Shown here one piece after another: positions 8,025 to 16,516 of a stretch of 20,000 bases of DNA (positions are counted from its first letter, which is position 1; each line of letters starts with the position of its first letter). A program made the position numbers and the translations under genes. Source of the DNA: an uncultured virus (IMG/VR IMGVR_UViG_3300011646_000014) (taxonomy: Duplodnaviria > Heunggongvirae > Uroviricota > Caudoviricetes); the IMG/VR virus record IMGVR_UViG_3300011646_000014, positions 44,947 through 64,946 of that record; one strand, 5' to 3'. A model generated the notes under the pieces. That model saw only the letters and a program-made list of their open reading frames with translations, ran no database searches and was not told the DNA's origin.

Positions 8025-8573
8025 GTTGGTGTCCTCTTGGTTTGGTTGATTTGATTTACTTGTAAACGCTTCGATAGACGTATTCTCATCTGCTCCGAGT
8101 GAACAGATGGTGAATTCACGAATACGATTCTTACGAAAAACCACAATTGGCCCATTAAAGTCTTGGCCATTCACAGTGACGGTTTGTCCTTGGGATACTT
8201 CCTCCACTGATCCCGGCTTTATGTACAACGACATCTGAAATGGAAACTTGTCATCAGCATCTTTCACAATTTTCTGAGCATCATCGTTTGTCAAAAAATA
8301 ACCAGATACTTGGATTCCTTGTGTTGTGTTGAATTGATCAACAACTCCAATACGATTAGCGCCATGCTCTTCTAGTAACGGAGTTACTTTGGGGATTGAG
8401 ATGCCATCTAAATCAAAAACAACCCCATCACTACCCCAATACCAATGATCCGTTACACGTCCACCAGAATAGGCTGTACCTTGAAATGTACGTTTTTGAC
8501 CTTCAGCACCCTTAGGAACTTCTATGCCAGATACTGAAAACAGTAACGTCTTTGGATCTAAATCCTTTTTCAT
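7614..8573 (-). CDS. Prohead protease/scaffold
   Basis: 'F.GTAYSGG', 'PLL.EH', 'FQMSL', 'EFTICSLGAD' (His/Ser protease motifs) followed by coiled-coil, low-complexity scaffold half. Confidence 0.85.
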   Translation of the reverse strand: MKKDLDPKTLLFSVSGIEVPKGAEGQKRTFQGTAYSGGRVTDHWYWGSDGVVFDLDGISIPKVTPLLEEHGANRIGVVDQFNTTQGIQVSGYFLTNDDAQKIVKDADDKFPFQMSLYIKPGSVEEVSQGQTVTVNGQDFNGPIVVFRKNRIREFTICSLGADENTSIEAFTSKSNQPNQEDTNVTELEKAQAAQKQAEQERDAAQAELKKFQAEKRTSDIQALETELKVQFSAEDKTAYTNMDDATFAFTAKQLRQFSSKTPEQPAALGQQQTNIVPAHLQHLFSHQATGGQGGTGQQHQGSALDNAFNQFAAAQQKGN

Positions 8574-8585
8574 ATTTCACCCATT

Positions 8586-8607
8586 AAAAAAGCAGCCATA
8601 TGGCTGC
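8586..8607 (-). terminator. Rho-independent terminator between MuF and protease genes
   Basis: Minus strand GCAGCCA-TA-TGGCTGC followed by TTTTTT. Confidence 0.65.
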
Positions 8608-8624
8608 CTCTTGATAAGAATTAA

Positions 8625-9830
8625 TTAATTAACTAAAGCCCGTAGCGTAAAAATCAACTGTCCTTTGATGGTTTCAATTTTCACAACTTCAAATGACAAT
8701 CCAATAGGAAACAACACGCCCTGACCAGCATTCAGAACATTTAAATCAATACCCAAACCTGTTGCATTTTCTACCTTAAGAATAATTTCTCCACCATTTT
8801 CAGCAAAAAGCATTGGATGATCTAATGTAACTGTCTTACCCACTTCAAGCTTGGATACATAAGCAATCGTGCTAGATCCTGATACTGTTGCGGTTATATT
8901 TGCTGCGACTGCATGAATAGCCCCCATATCAGCAACAAGCCAACGTCTAAGAACATCATCAGCCAAACTGATTGGTTTCAGAGATAAGTAAGCTGTTAAA
9001 GCTGAATCATTCCCTTGAACGTAATCAATCAGAGTTTTAATTGCGCTTGGCCTGATTGTTGGATCAAGCGGGACCACTGTATTGGCAATCGTATCGAATA
9101 GCTCACGGCTGCCTTTATTCATGGGTGCTAGCAGGCTAGTTAATTGCTTACTAGCAGTCCATTCGGCTTGAATTGACTTCTTTTGATTCAGTAATTCATT
9201 TTTATCCAAAATTGAATCAGCAATCTTTTGATCAACTACCGCCTGCATTTCACCAAAAGTTAAAGGACTGGTAGACCAGCCCAAATCCTTAGCAACCTCT
9301 GGTAAATCCTCATCAGAAGTAATACCAATTTTTTTCGCTTGTTTCTCTGTAAGTGCAATTACAGTGCATCTGCACATGAACCCCCACGGCGGGTAGTACA
9401 TGAGCCAAAATGGATCGTCGATATGGCGAATAATACGATTAAGCGCAATATGTGTTGGTCTCACACGAGTATCGTCAATCGCTGAATACATTAAATAAGG
9501 GCGTTTAGCCTTATTTTTCTGCTGCTGAGTCCAACGACCGTAGCCATACGCTGTTTGAATGTTGGTCCTAAAAACATTCTTTAAATATGGTTCGCTTAAA
9601 ATGATTTCATTTTCTTCAACCAACTTTTTAAAGTCGTTGAATGTTGAACCGTCAGCAATCGCCTTATTGACCGCTTTCATCACCGTTTCAATCTGCTCAA
9701 TGCTAGACAAGAAACTCACTGTTGTCGCCATTTGACGAGTTTTCAAATCCATTGAATAGAACTCATCTGGCAAGACAATTTTACGTGACTCAGCAAACTT
9801 TAATGCTTCAAGAAAAGTGACAGGAGTCAT
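8625..9830 (-). CDS. MuF / SPP1 gp7-like head morphogenesis protein with C-terminal extension
   Basis: 'VFRTN.QTAY..GR', 'Y.AIDD.RVRP.H', 'DDPFW..YYPP.GF.CRC' MuF motifs; about 200 aa extra C-terminus with ART-like pattern. Confidence 0.92.
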   Translation of the reverse strand: MTPVTFLEALKFAESRKIVLPDEFYSMDLKTRQMATTVSFLSSIEQIETVMKAVNKAIADGSTFNDFKKLVEENEIILSEPYLKNVFRTNIQTAYGYGRWTQQQKNKAKRPYLMYSAIDDTRVRPTHIALNRIIRHIDDPFWLMYYPPWGFMCRCTVIALTEKQAKKIGITSDEDLPEVAKDLGWSTSPLTFGEMQAVVDQKIADSILDKNELLNQKKSIQAEWTASKQLTSLLAPMNKGSRELFDTIANTVVPLDPTIRPSAIKTLIDYVQGNDSALTAYLSLKPISLADDVLRRWLVADMGAIHAVAANITATVSGSSTIAYVSKLEVGKTVTLDHPMLFAENGGEIILKVENATGLGIDLNVLNAGQGVLFPIGLSFEVVKIETIKGQLIFTLRALVN

Positions 9831-11323
9831 TTATCCTCACTTGCTGTGGTATATCCCAGCACGTCAGCCGCATACAAAGCTCGATCAAGGTTGGTACTAA
9901 ACTGCGTCTGACTTGCACCCGGCATAAGTTGCATCAAGTTAAAAGCCAAAACTTCAGGCGTTTCACTTGATTGAATCAACTCATTGATCTGCTTTTGACT
10001 CAGTAGTTGTATGTTGCCCTGTTCAGTTGTTAATTCTTCAACCTCTTGCTGTTCAACACTCAACTTCTTCACATCAGCAGCGAAAGAAAATGCACGGTTG
10101 GGTAATGCATTAAAGTGCTGTGCAGGTAGGCTTTGCTGCAATTCAGAAACATCACCGTCCTGTAGTCCATATTCACGTTTGAAATACTGAGAACTAAGGT
10201 TAGCACCCGCGTTCTTTAATTTCACATCACGATCAGCTTTATCAGCATTAAGCGACTGTTCATCGCCTATGGTGATGATATGCCGCTCCCATCCATTCAA
10301 TGCACATAACGCATCAATGATTGCTTGAATGGTTGATGTAATCATTCGGATATCAGCATTCACCTTGTTATTCTGCACTTCAAGATGAACCTCTCCCAAT
10401 GCACGACTACCAGAATTATCCGTACCACTGGTAAGCGTTTGCCCTAAAATAACCTTTTGGATGCTTCTCTCGATCTTCTTGTCAAAAGATTCAAATGCTG
10501 CCGATCCGCCATTTCCATTAGATGAGGCTGTAAGAAGTGACACTTCATCGTTTTTATCCACTGAAAGTACCGACGCTGCATGTGCCGACAACAAAGCATC
10601 TTTTAAACCTTTTGTGTTGGTTTGTGACTTTCCAACCAATAGTGGATTCCCAAAACGCTCAACAAATTTAGCCCAAAATTTTGTTGTTCCATTTTTAAAG
10701 AACCATAACCAATACAAACGACTAAATAATGCTTCCCCATATGGATTTTCATAACTTGGCTTACATTGAGTTAAGAAATGTTTAAACTGCTGGTCACACT
10801 CCACATCACGATGCTGATTGTTGTACATTTGAAGCAACATCAATCGACCGTCATTTTTTGGCTCAAACCACTGCATTGGCTTCTTACCAATCCATTTCCA
10901 GCCTACAAACGTGGTAATGTTAGGACCTTCAATAAATAATGATGGTTGCTCAGGTTTTGTATAAACTGCTTCTAATACAGAATATCCATACCAACGCGCA
11001 TCCTGAGTTCCAAGACTTAATTCGGACCACCATTTTTTTAACTCACTCGTTAAAATCTGCGCTGGCAACCCCTCACTCGGCTCAAGCTTAAAAGGAGCTG
11101 ATTCAAGTTTGTCTTGACGTTTTTCAATACATTGATAAATCTCATCGTCATACATCAAAACACTTAAGCGATGCCGAGTTACGCCTGCCTTTCTTAAAAC
11201 CTCATCCAGATCAGGCATTTTGGTTAAAAAATTTAGGAATGCGATTTCAGCTTGTTGTGAATACAAATAACCCCCAGCTTGTTGGGGGTTGTCTTTATCC
11301 TTTGATTTATCTTTCTTAGCCAT
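9827..11323 (-). CDS. Portal protein (Mu gp29 / DUF935 family)
   Basis: 'DARWYGYSVLE', 'NPYGEAL', 'WAKFVERFG.P', 'K.ILGQTLT......GSRALGEVH.EV'. Confidence 0.92.
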   Translation of the reverse strand: MAKKDKSKDKDNPQQAGGYLYSQQAEIAFLNFLTKMPDLDEVLRKAGVTRHRLSVLMYDDEIYQCIEKRQDKLESAPFKLEPSEGLPAQILTSELKKWWSELSLGTQDARWYGYSVLEAVYTKPEQPSLFIEGPNITTFVGWKWIGKKPMQWFEPKNDGRLMLLQMYNNQHRDVECDQQFKHFLTQCKPSYENPYGEALFSRLYWLWFFKNGTTKFWAKFVERFGNPLLVGKSQTNTKGLKDALLSAHAASVLSVDKNDEVSLLTASSNGNGGSAAFESFDKKIERSIQKVILGQTLTSGTDNSGSRALGEVHLEVQNNKVNADIRMITSTIQAIIDALCALNGWERHIITIGDEQSLNADKADRDVKLKNAGANLSSQYFKREYGLQDGDVSELQQSLPAQHFNALPNRAFSFAADVKKLSVEQQEVEELTTEQGNIQLLSQKQINELIQSSETPEVLAFNLMQLMPGASQTQFSTNLDRALYAADVLGYTTASEDK

Positions 11324-11326
11324 AAT

Positions 11327-12865
11327 CTAACCTGTCATTGGTTCCTGATAGTTCTGCATAACCGTCGCTTCCTCTATCGCATCAATCAAAGTATCCACTT
11401 GGTCATCATGGTCATGTGTCATTGCTGCGGTAAATTCCTCGCACTCTTCTGTGAACTTAGAAACCCACGGCGCATTTATTGGCAGCATCACAAAACGATC
11501 TTGAGGCTTGTTTTCATAGTTATTTTCAAGCGGAACCTGTACATCCATAAACCTTGTCAATTTATCGGTGCCACGTTGAACAGGAATAACTGGAACGCCT
11601 GCATATGTGCCAAGATTTTGAATCAATTGAGTGCCGTGCGCCTTATCTTCCACCTTCATCCAACGGATCGGACGAGTTTCGTAAGTGTAGTCTTTATGTT
11701 TATCGATAAACTCTTTAGCTTGACGATTCATTTCAGGCGCTTCCCATTTACCGCGCAATAAATCGATCAAATAAAGCTTCCCATCAACACCAAGGCCAAC
11801 TAACAAAAACACTGTAAAGTCATTATGCTCTTTGATTTTCTGAGCAGTATCGACATAAATTGCCCGCCATTGCAGTGCTGGAAGTTCATCGTAGTAGCCG
11901 AACCATTCAGCTTTGATCAAATCACCGCCTAATTTCTTAGGTTTCTGCTGATACTGACTACTGAATGTATAACGAGATACCACCGCACCACTTTTATCCT
12001 TACCACCCTTCTCTAATTGAAGTAACGAAGTAAGAGATTCTTTTAACGGCCAATAGCTTTGACGACCTTTGTCATCACGCTCCACACTCAATGGCACAAG
12101 TTTTTGAATATGCTCAGGCAATGTTGCAATGTAGTCATCGTCAATTAAAGCGGGAATTGAAACTTGCTCCCACTCTCCTGGCACATTGCCTGACATCACA
12201 AAATTGGTCGGATCTTCGGAGTGAAGCCGCTGCATAATCATGATGATTGGCGTATCAGATTTCGCTTTACGTGAATTGACTGTGTTCAAAATCTTGCGAT
12301 TAGCTTTATCTCTCGCTGGCTTACTAAAAGCATCCTCAGGCTTAAGCGGATCATCCAAGATAATACAACCAGTAAAACCGTTATCTGCTAATGTACCTGC
12401 ACGGCGACCTGTAACCTGTCCACCCATCGATGCGGCATAGATATGCCCCGCCTCGTATCCGTCAACCGTGGTTTTCCAACTTGCCTTGGCATCAGTGCTG
12501 GTTGAAATGGATGTGGACCACATATGCTGAAATTCATCTGATTTGACGATGTTTCGAGCTGTTGCCGATACATCTTCTACCAGCGATTGAGAATAAGACA
12601 AGTACAAAAATCTTGAGCGTGGATTTAAACCAATTCCCCGCGCAATCAGATTTGTAGTTAATTCAGTTTTACCAGCACCAGGTGGGACATTAACCACTAA
12701 ATTGGCAATATTACCCTTTACCACCTCATCAATCAGCCATGCCACATAAACATGATGCCAATTGACCATGAATTTAAAGCCCATACGTGGCTTGAAAAAA
12801 CGGCGAGTAAAAAATAAATGGTCATCCTCGCACATCTTTTTTTCTACGTGCGTTTGAACATCCAT
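11327..12865 (-). CDS. terL: Terminase large subunit
   Basis: Walker A NVPPGAGKT, Walker B IILDDP, motif III MQRLH, RNaseH-like nuclease YVDTA..K..ND and HDDQVD. Confidence 0.95.
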   Translation of the reverse strand: MDVQTHVEKKMCEDDHLFFTRRFFKPRMGFKFMVNWHHVYVAWLIDEVVKGNIANLVVNVPPGAGKTELTTNLIARGIGLNPRSRFLYLSYSQSLVEDVSATARNIVKSDEFQHMWSTSISTSTDAKASWKTTVDGYEAGHIYAASMGGQVTGRRAGTLADNGFTGCIILDDPLKPEDAFSKPARDKANRKILNTVNSRKAKSDTPIIMIMQRLHSEDPTNFVMSGNVPGEWEQVSIPALIDDDYIATLPEHIQKLVPLSVERDDKGRQSYWPLKESLTSLLQLEKGGKDKSGAVVSRYTFSSQYQQKPKKLGGDLIKAEWFGYYDELPALQWRAIYVDTAQKIKEHNDFTVFLLVGLGVDGKLYLIDLLRGKWEAPEMNRQAKEFIDKHKDYTYETRPIRWMKVEDKAHGTQLIQNLGTYAGVPVIPVQRGTDKLTRFMDVQVPLENNYENKPQDRFVMLPINAPWVSKFTEECEEFTAAMTHDHDDQVDTLIDAIEEATVMQNYQEPMTG

Positions 12866-13332
12866 TAGTATTCCTCTTGAGCTTTCCTCACTGCGGCATC
12901 AACCTGTTCTGGTGTAGCTTGTACTACAGTGGTTTGTAGAGGTGAGCCATCTTTGCCAGTGACTTCAGTTTTATTAGTATACTTCCCACCTACATCCTCT
13001 GCCGCTTGACGCAAAATATTTAAAGCCGCAACACGATTTTTACTGTGCCTCTGGTACTGATTTTCTAAGCGCTGCAATCGTACTGCCAAATTAGCAATTG
13101 GGATTGCCTCGGGCTTACCCAGAAACATCTCACGAGTTTTTTCAAAATCATTTTTTAATTCTTCACTTAGATTCTCACCAGCCCGTTTTGTAGGGTCGTA
13201 TTTTTCACACTGCTGCTTGGTAACTTTTATGCCGTATTCTTGGTTGACGAGTTCAGCAGTTTCAGTGGGTGTATTAAATACGGCAAGTGAGCGAACTATA
13301 AAGAGTTTTACCTCTTTTTTTAGAGCCGCCAT
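12865..13332 (-). CDS. terS: Terminase small subunit (DUF2280-type)
   Basis: MAALKKEVKLFIVRSLA.F.TP....YDPTK..G..LS; C-terminal EVTGKDG.P; stop overlaps terL start. Confidence 0.88.
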   Translation of the reverse strand: MAALKKEVKLFIVRSLAVFNTPTETAELVNQEYGIKVTKQQCEKYDPTKRAGENLSEELKNDFEKTREMFLGKPEAIPIANLAVRLQRLENQYQRHSKNRVAALNILRQAAEDVGGKYTNKTEVTGKDGSPLQTTVVQATPEQVDAAVRKAQEEY

Positions 13333-13370
13333 ATCCTTAGTCCTGTCAACCTACGTCAACCTAAATAGTC

Positions 13371-13393
13371 AAAAAAAAGAGCCCGAAGGCTCT
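13371..13393 (-). terminator. Rho-independent terminator upstream of terS
   Basis: Minus strand AGAGCC-TTCG-GGCTCT followed by a T-run. Confidence 0.8.
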
Positions 13394-14033
13394 ACTTAAT
13401 CAGACACGTCCCACAACACGCAGCTATATTCTTTTCTGATACAAACGGCGCTTGCTTCGCGACTTCGACCAGACGCTTAATGTCATCACTCGCACCCCAT
13501 CGTTTGACTACGCCCACAAATTCCTCAACATCGTGCCCAGCCAAGTAATGCTTAGGTAGGCCTGTATGATCACTATAAACAATCTCTCCGTCTCCATCAC
13601 GCTCAACACCGATGTGATAAAGCTCATGTTCAATCAGAGCACAAAACTCTCGATCACTCGCTTGCTCGCAAAAGCCAGCATCAATGGTAATGAGATAAAC
13701 AGGTACAAAGCCAAACCAGTCACGCATCTGCTGTTCTTGGCGTGCTTTCTTCCAACCGCCTTGATTAAACATCACCTTTTCACATTGCCCCAACACCATG
13801 CGCTTTGCACGAGTAAATGCAGATGATGCCCATGCAAAGGCTAGAAACGTTTCGTCATCATGAAGTAGCTCGGCTATATGATCATGATCCGGGTTGTGCA
13901 GCTCTCCGCCCAATGTCAAAAAGTTTGCAATCACCCATTCTTTTAATTCTGGCGCAGCAATGATGCGAATTGCTTCCTCTTCTTCAGCTTGGTCGATAAA
14001 GTCAGTCTGGGGAAATGGTCTGTATTGGTCCAT
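13392..14033 (-). CDS. Putative phage metallopeptidase
   Basis: HELYH (HExxH) followed by HDVEEF..VV.RWG; common upstream of terS. Confidence 0.85.
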   Translation of the reverse strand: MDQYRPFPQTDFIDQAEEEEAIRIIAAPELKEWVIANFLTLGGELHNPDHDHIAELLHDDETFLAFAWASSAFTRAKRMVLGQCEKVMFNQGGWKKARQEQQMRDWFGFVPVYLITIDAGFCEQASDREFCALIEHELYHIGVERDGDGEIVYSDHTGLPKHYLAGHDVEEFVGVVKRWGASDDIKRLVEVAKQAPFVSEKNIAACCGTCLIK

Positions 14034-14478
14034 TGAATGTTTGCCCCTTTAACCTTTTAAGCCATGAAACGGCGAAGTTTGATTCGATCTGTAATGGCCC
14101 GGAATCATCAATCTTGTATTTATTGGCTGATTCTATACGAACAACTGTATAACCCAATTCATAAGCGCGATCGTAACGCTCCATGCTCCAAGCTTTTGTT
14201 GCAAGTTTTCCACCACGTCCACCTGACCATGGACCGCCAGATATTTCCACTAAAATCCTGTGTTCAATCAGATGAAAATCAAACCGCCAATGCTTTGTAG
14301 ACAAGAACTGAAATTTCTTCTCGTACTTGATGCCGAGTATGTTCAAGGATTTTTCAAAGTCTTCTTCAGCCTCTAAATAATTTTGTTTTGCTTTTGGAAG
14401 TGGTCTAGCTCTTGGTTTTATCTTTAGCGGTGATTTTTTGGTTTTGGATTTATAGGTTTCTATTTCCATAAAATGCAC
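14002..14478 (-). CDS. PD-(D/E)xK / Vsr-like (DUF559-like) nuclease-family protein
   Basis: 'WRFDF......LVEI.GG.W', 'Y..A..LGY.VVR'. Confidence 0.7.
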   Translation of the reverse strand: MHFMEIETYKSKTKKSPLKIKPRARPLPKAKQNYLEAEEDFEKSLNILGIKYEKKFQFLSTKHWRFDFHLIEHRILVEISGGPWSGGRGGKLATKAWSMERYDRAYELGYTVVRIESANKYKIDDSGPLQIESNFAVSWLKRLKGQTFNGPIQTISPD

Positions 14479-14483
14479 CCATC

Positions 14484-14503
14484 AAAAAACCGCCTTTCGG
14501 CGG
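14484..14503 (-). terminator. Rho-independent terminator
   Basis: Minus strand CCGCC-GAAA-GGCGG followed by TTTTTT. Confidence 0.8.
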
Positions 14504-14509
14504 CTCATG

Positions 14510-14692
14510 TTATTCATCAATTTGCTCATGCAGCTTTTTAATGAGTTCAACAAGTTTTTCTTTGTTCTGATCATTAATCCCAATTAATCCACTACTTGCA
14601 GCATTGTTTAAAACCGCAACTGTAATATCACCTTTAGCTTTAATTTTTGCACACTCGATTACCGCTTCAACTTCAATTGAATTCATTGTCAT
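14510..14692 (-). CDS. Small hypothetical protein
   Basis: 60 aa ORF with AT-rich upstream region and a terminator directly after. Confidence 0.55.
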   Translation of the reverse strand: MTMNSIEVEAVIECAKIKAKGDITVAVLNNAASSGLIGINDQNKEKLVELIKKLHEQIDE

Positions 14693-14746
14693 TTGATTGT
14701 TTCTCTTTTTTTAAAGTGAGAAACATTAATAATATGAAATTGACAA

Positions 14747-15232
14747 CTATTCAAGCGTGTACATCAAATCCTCTGGCGTATCCAGCCAACACCCATGCTT
14801 ATTACAAAACACATGAATGTCATTCAGGTACTCAGTGAATTGCCGAACACTTGCGTCCGCTGTGCTGATCAACTCAATTAATCCTGATGCCACTTGCTCA
14901 TAAGCAGGATGCTTTTCATCTTTTAATGTGCGCACTGCTTGAAACGTTGCTCTGTATTGACCAACATCATCACGATCATATATTCGAGCCAAGAAGTTCT
15001 TTTTGAAAAATAAATGCTCACTGTCTTTATCAGAGCCTTGATGCTTTGCCCACTGTGTAAGCCATTTCCAGTACAAGCGGTTTTGCGCCTTACTGCGGTC
15101 ATCTTCCTTCTGATCCACCCGAACAACAAGTGGCTTATTCTCGAAATTGGCTTTGGTGTAGTTTGTATGCAGATAAGACATTGTTTTAGTAATGTCCGAG
15201 TGATCTTTGATTGTGAACACTGCTGTTTTCAT
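14747..15232 (-). CDS. ninB: NinB-like recombination protein
   Basis: 'RSKAQNRLYW.WL' NinB motif, C-terminal 'ST....V.QF.EYL..I'; start MKTAVF after GAGGTG. Confidence 0.75.
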   Translation of the reverse strand: MKTAVFTIKDHSDITKTMSYLHTNYTKANFENKPLVVRVDQKEDDRSKAQNRLYWKWLTQWAKHQGSDKDSEHLFFKKNFLARIYDRDDVGQYRATFQAVRTLKDEKHPAYEQVASGLIELISTADASVRQFTEYLNDIHVFCNKHGCWLDTPEDLMYTLE

Positions 15233-15239
15233 GCTCACC

Positions 15240-15515
15240 TCAAAATATTTCATTATTTTCTAAATTCAACATCCTTTCAGTCTTTTCCAACCACTGCTCA
15301 AACATTGCTTCCGATTCTTGTCTATCACCTAATTTGAATTGATCGAATGCAGAATGACATTTGTAGCAAAGCGGGACTGTAAACTCATCGCTTGCTTTGA
15401 TTCCTCTACCCTTACCATGCTTTGAACTATTTGAATGAGCGGCTTGACTAGGACTCTGACCACACTTAATGCATGGCAGCTTTCTTATTTCGTTTAGCCT
15501 CTTTGTCGAACGCAT
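15240..15515 (-). CDS. Zn-binding HNH-like protein (DUF968/DUF1364-like)
   Basis: 'LPCIKCG....QAAH......GKG.GIKASD..TVPLC..CH'. Confidence 0.75.
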   Translation of the reverse strand: MRSTKRLNEIRKLPCIKCGQSPSQAAHSNSSKHGKGRGIKASDEFTVPLCYKCHSAFDQFKLGDRQESEAMFEQWLEKTERMLNLENNEIF

Positions 15516-15669
15516 TTTCCAACACCTCAATACGCTCTTTTAATAATCTTTCTTCTCGCTCACAGTCAGAACGAAATGAATAACTACTAAATAAATGATT
15601 GTAAGATTGCAGTTTGTTTAAATTGGCTTTGTATATTGCTAGATTCTTCTTTGCTTCGATCATATCCAT
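15466..15669 (-). CDS. Hypothetical protein
   Basis: 67 aa helical ORF in operon order. Confidence 0.6.
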   Translation of the reverse strand: MDMIEAKKNLAIYKANLNKLQSYNHLFSSYSFRSDCEREERLLKERIEVLENAFDKEAKRNKKAAMH

Positions 15670-15671
15670 GT

Positions 15672-15815
15672 CTAACCCATTATTAATCTATATGCACCAT
15701 AGAAAGCCAAGCCCAAAACAGTAATGATTGAGCACATACAAACCCATGCAAACATATTTTCAGCGCGATCATGCTCTCTTATTCTTTTTTGCATTCTTCT
15801 TGAGTATTCATCCAT
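15672..15815 (-). CDS. Small single-TM protein (47 aa)
   Basis: Manual translation MDEYSRRMQKRIREHDRAENMFAWVCMCSIITVLGLAFYGAYRLIMG*; below ORF-track cutoff. Confidence 0.6.
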   Translation of the reverse strand: MDEYSRRMQKRIREHDRAENMFAWVCMCSIITVLGLAFYGAYRLIMG

Positions 15816-15819
15816 ACAA

Positions 15820-15942
15820 TCACCAATTACACCAAACTAAATAAGCTGCAAATAACATCACAGCCAAATAAAACACCGTTTTGATTACGTTCTTAAACTG
15901 CTGACAATCTTCTTCAATTTGCTTGAGTTCTTCTTCGTCCAT
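15820..15942 (-). CDS. Small single-TM protein (40 aa)
   Basis: Manual translation MDEEELKQIEEDCQQFKNVIKTVFYLAVMLFAAYLVWCNW*; AAGGG upstream. Confidence 0.6.
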   Translation of the reverse strand: MDEEELKQIEEDCQQFKNVIKTVFYLAVMLFAAYLVWCNW

Positions 15943-15970
15943 AGCGGCCCTTTATTTTTCTATAGACAAC

Positions 15971-15997
15971 AAAAAAGCCCATCGAATGATGAGCTTT
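15971..15997 (-). terminator. tR'-like terminator downstream of Q-like gene
   Basis: Minus strand AAAGCTCATC-ATTC-GATGGGCTTTTTT. Confidence 0.75.
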
Positions 15998-16031
15998 CCA
16001 GAATTTTTAGTAAATTACTTAAACTTCGTCT

Positions 16032-16070
16032 ACTATAGCACAGATTAATGAAAATCCACTTAAGTGTCAA
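16032..16070 (-). promoter_or_regulatory. Candidate late (pR'-like) promoter
   Basis: TTGACA (16070-16065) at the end of the Q-like gene with TAATCT at 17 nt, and TGTGcTATAGT (extended -10 or pause-inducing -10-like element, 16037-16032); terminator about 35 nt further on. Confidence 0.5.
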
Positions 16071-16506
16071 GCACTAAACGCTTATCATGTCCCGCCAAAT
16101 AATAACGACCTGCGAATACCATATTTCTAATGCTTGATTCAGAATAAACAAACATATTACCCATTTGTTTTTCAGTTAAACCCTCAATCATTTTCTTAAG
16201 ATACAATTGCACACATACTTGTGCTGACTTACAAATACTGGAATCATTTACAACCGAGTTGATCAATTTGTCTATTTGGTCGTACTCATACTCATCGATC
16301 TGCAAGTAGACAAATTTGCCATTACTACTTCTACCTGACTTATCATTTTCTCTTACAAGCCAATATATCGTATTCACTTCTAGCGAATCTGGCTCATGCC
16401 CCCCTTTCATTCGACTAACTGACAAGAATGCAGCATATTGCTTCAACCACTCATCAATAGTGAATCTAGACCAGTCCATTTTCTTTATTGCTGCTACCGC
16501 ATTCAT
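16060..16506 (-). CDS. Late-gene antiterminator, Q-like
   Basis: MNAV....MDWS.FTIDEWL.QY N-terminus, C-terminal HTH-like region; followed by promoter and terminator at the start of the late region. Confidence 0.7.
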   Translation of the reverse strand: MNAVAAIKKMDWSRFTIDEWLKQYAAFLSVSRMKGGHEPDSLEVNTIYWLVRENDKSGRSSNGKFVYLQIDEYEYDQIDKLINSVVNDSSICKSAQVCVQLYLKKMIEGLTEKQMGNMFVYSESSIRNMVFAGRYYLAGHDKRLVLDT

Positions 16507-16516
16507 GCCTTTCCCC

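Noticed and set aside
4441..11323. Transposable Mu-like phage
   Set aside because: Mu-like head/neck genes are present, but the early region is lambdoid (DnaB, NinB, Q-like, xis-like) and no transposase is seen in the window
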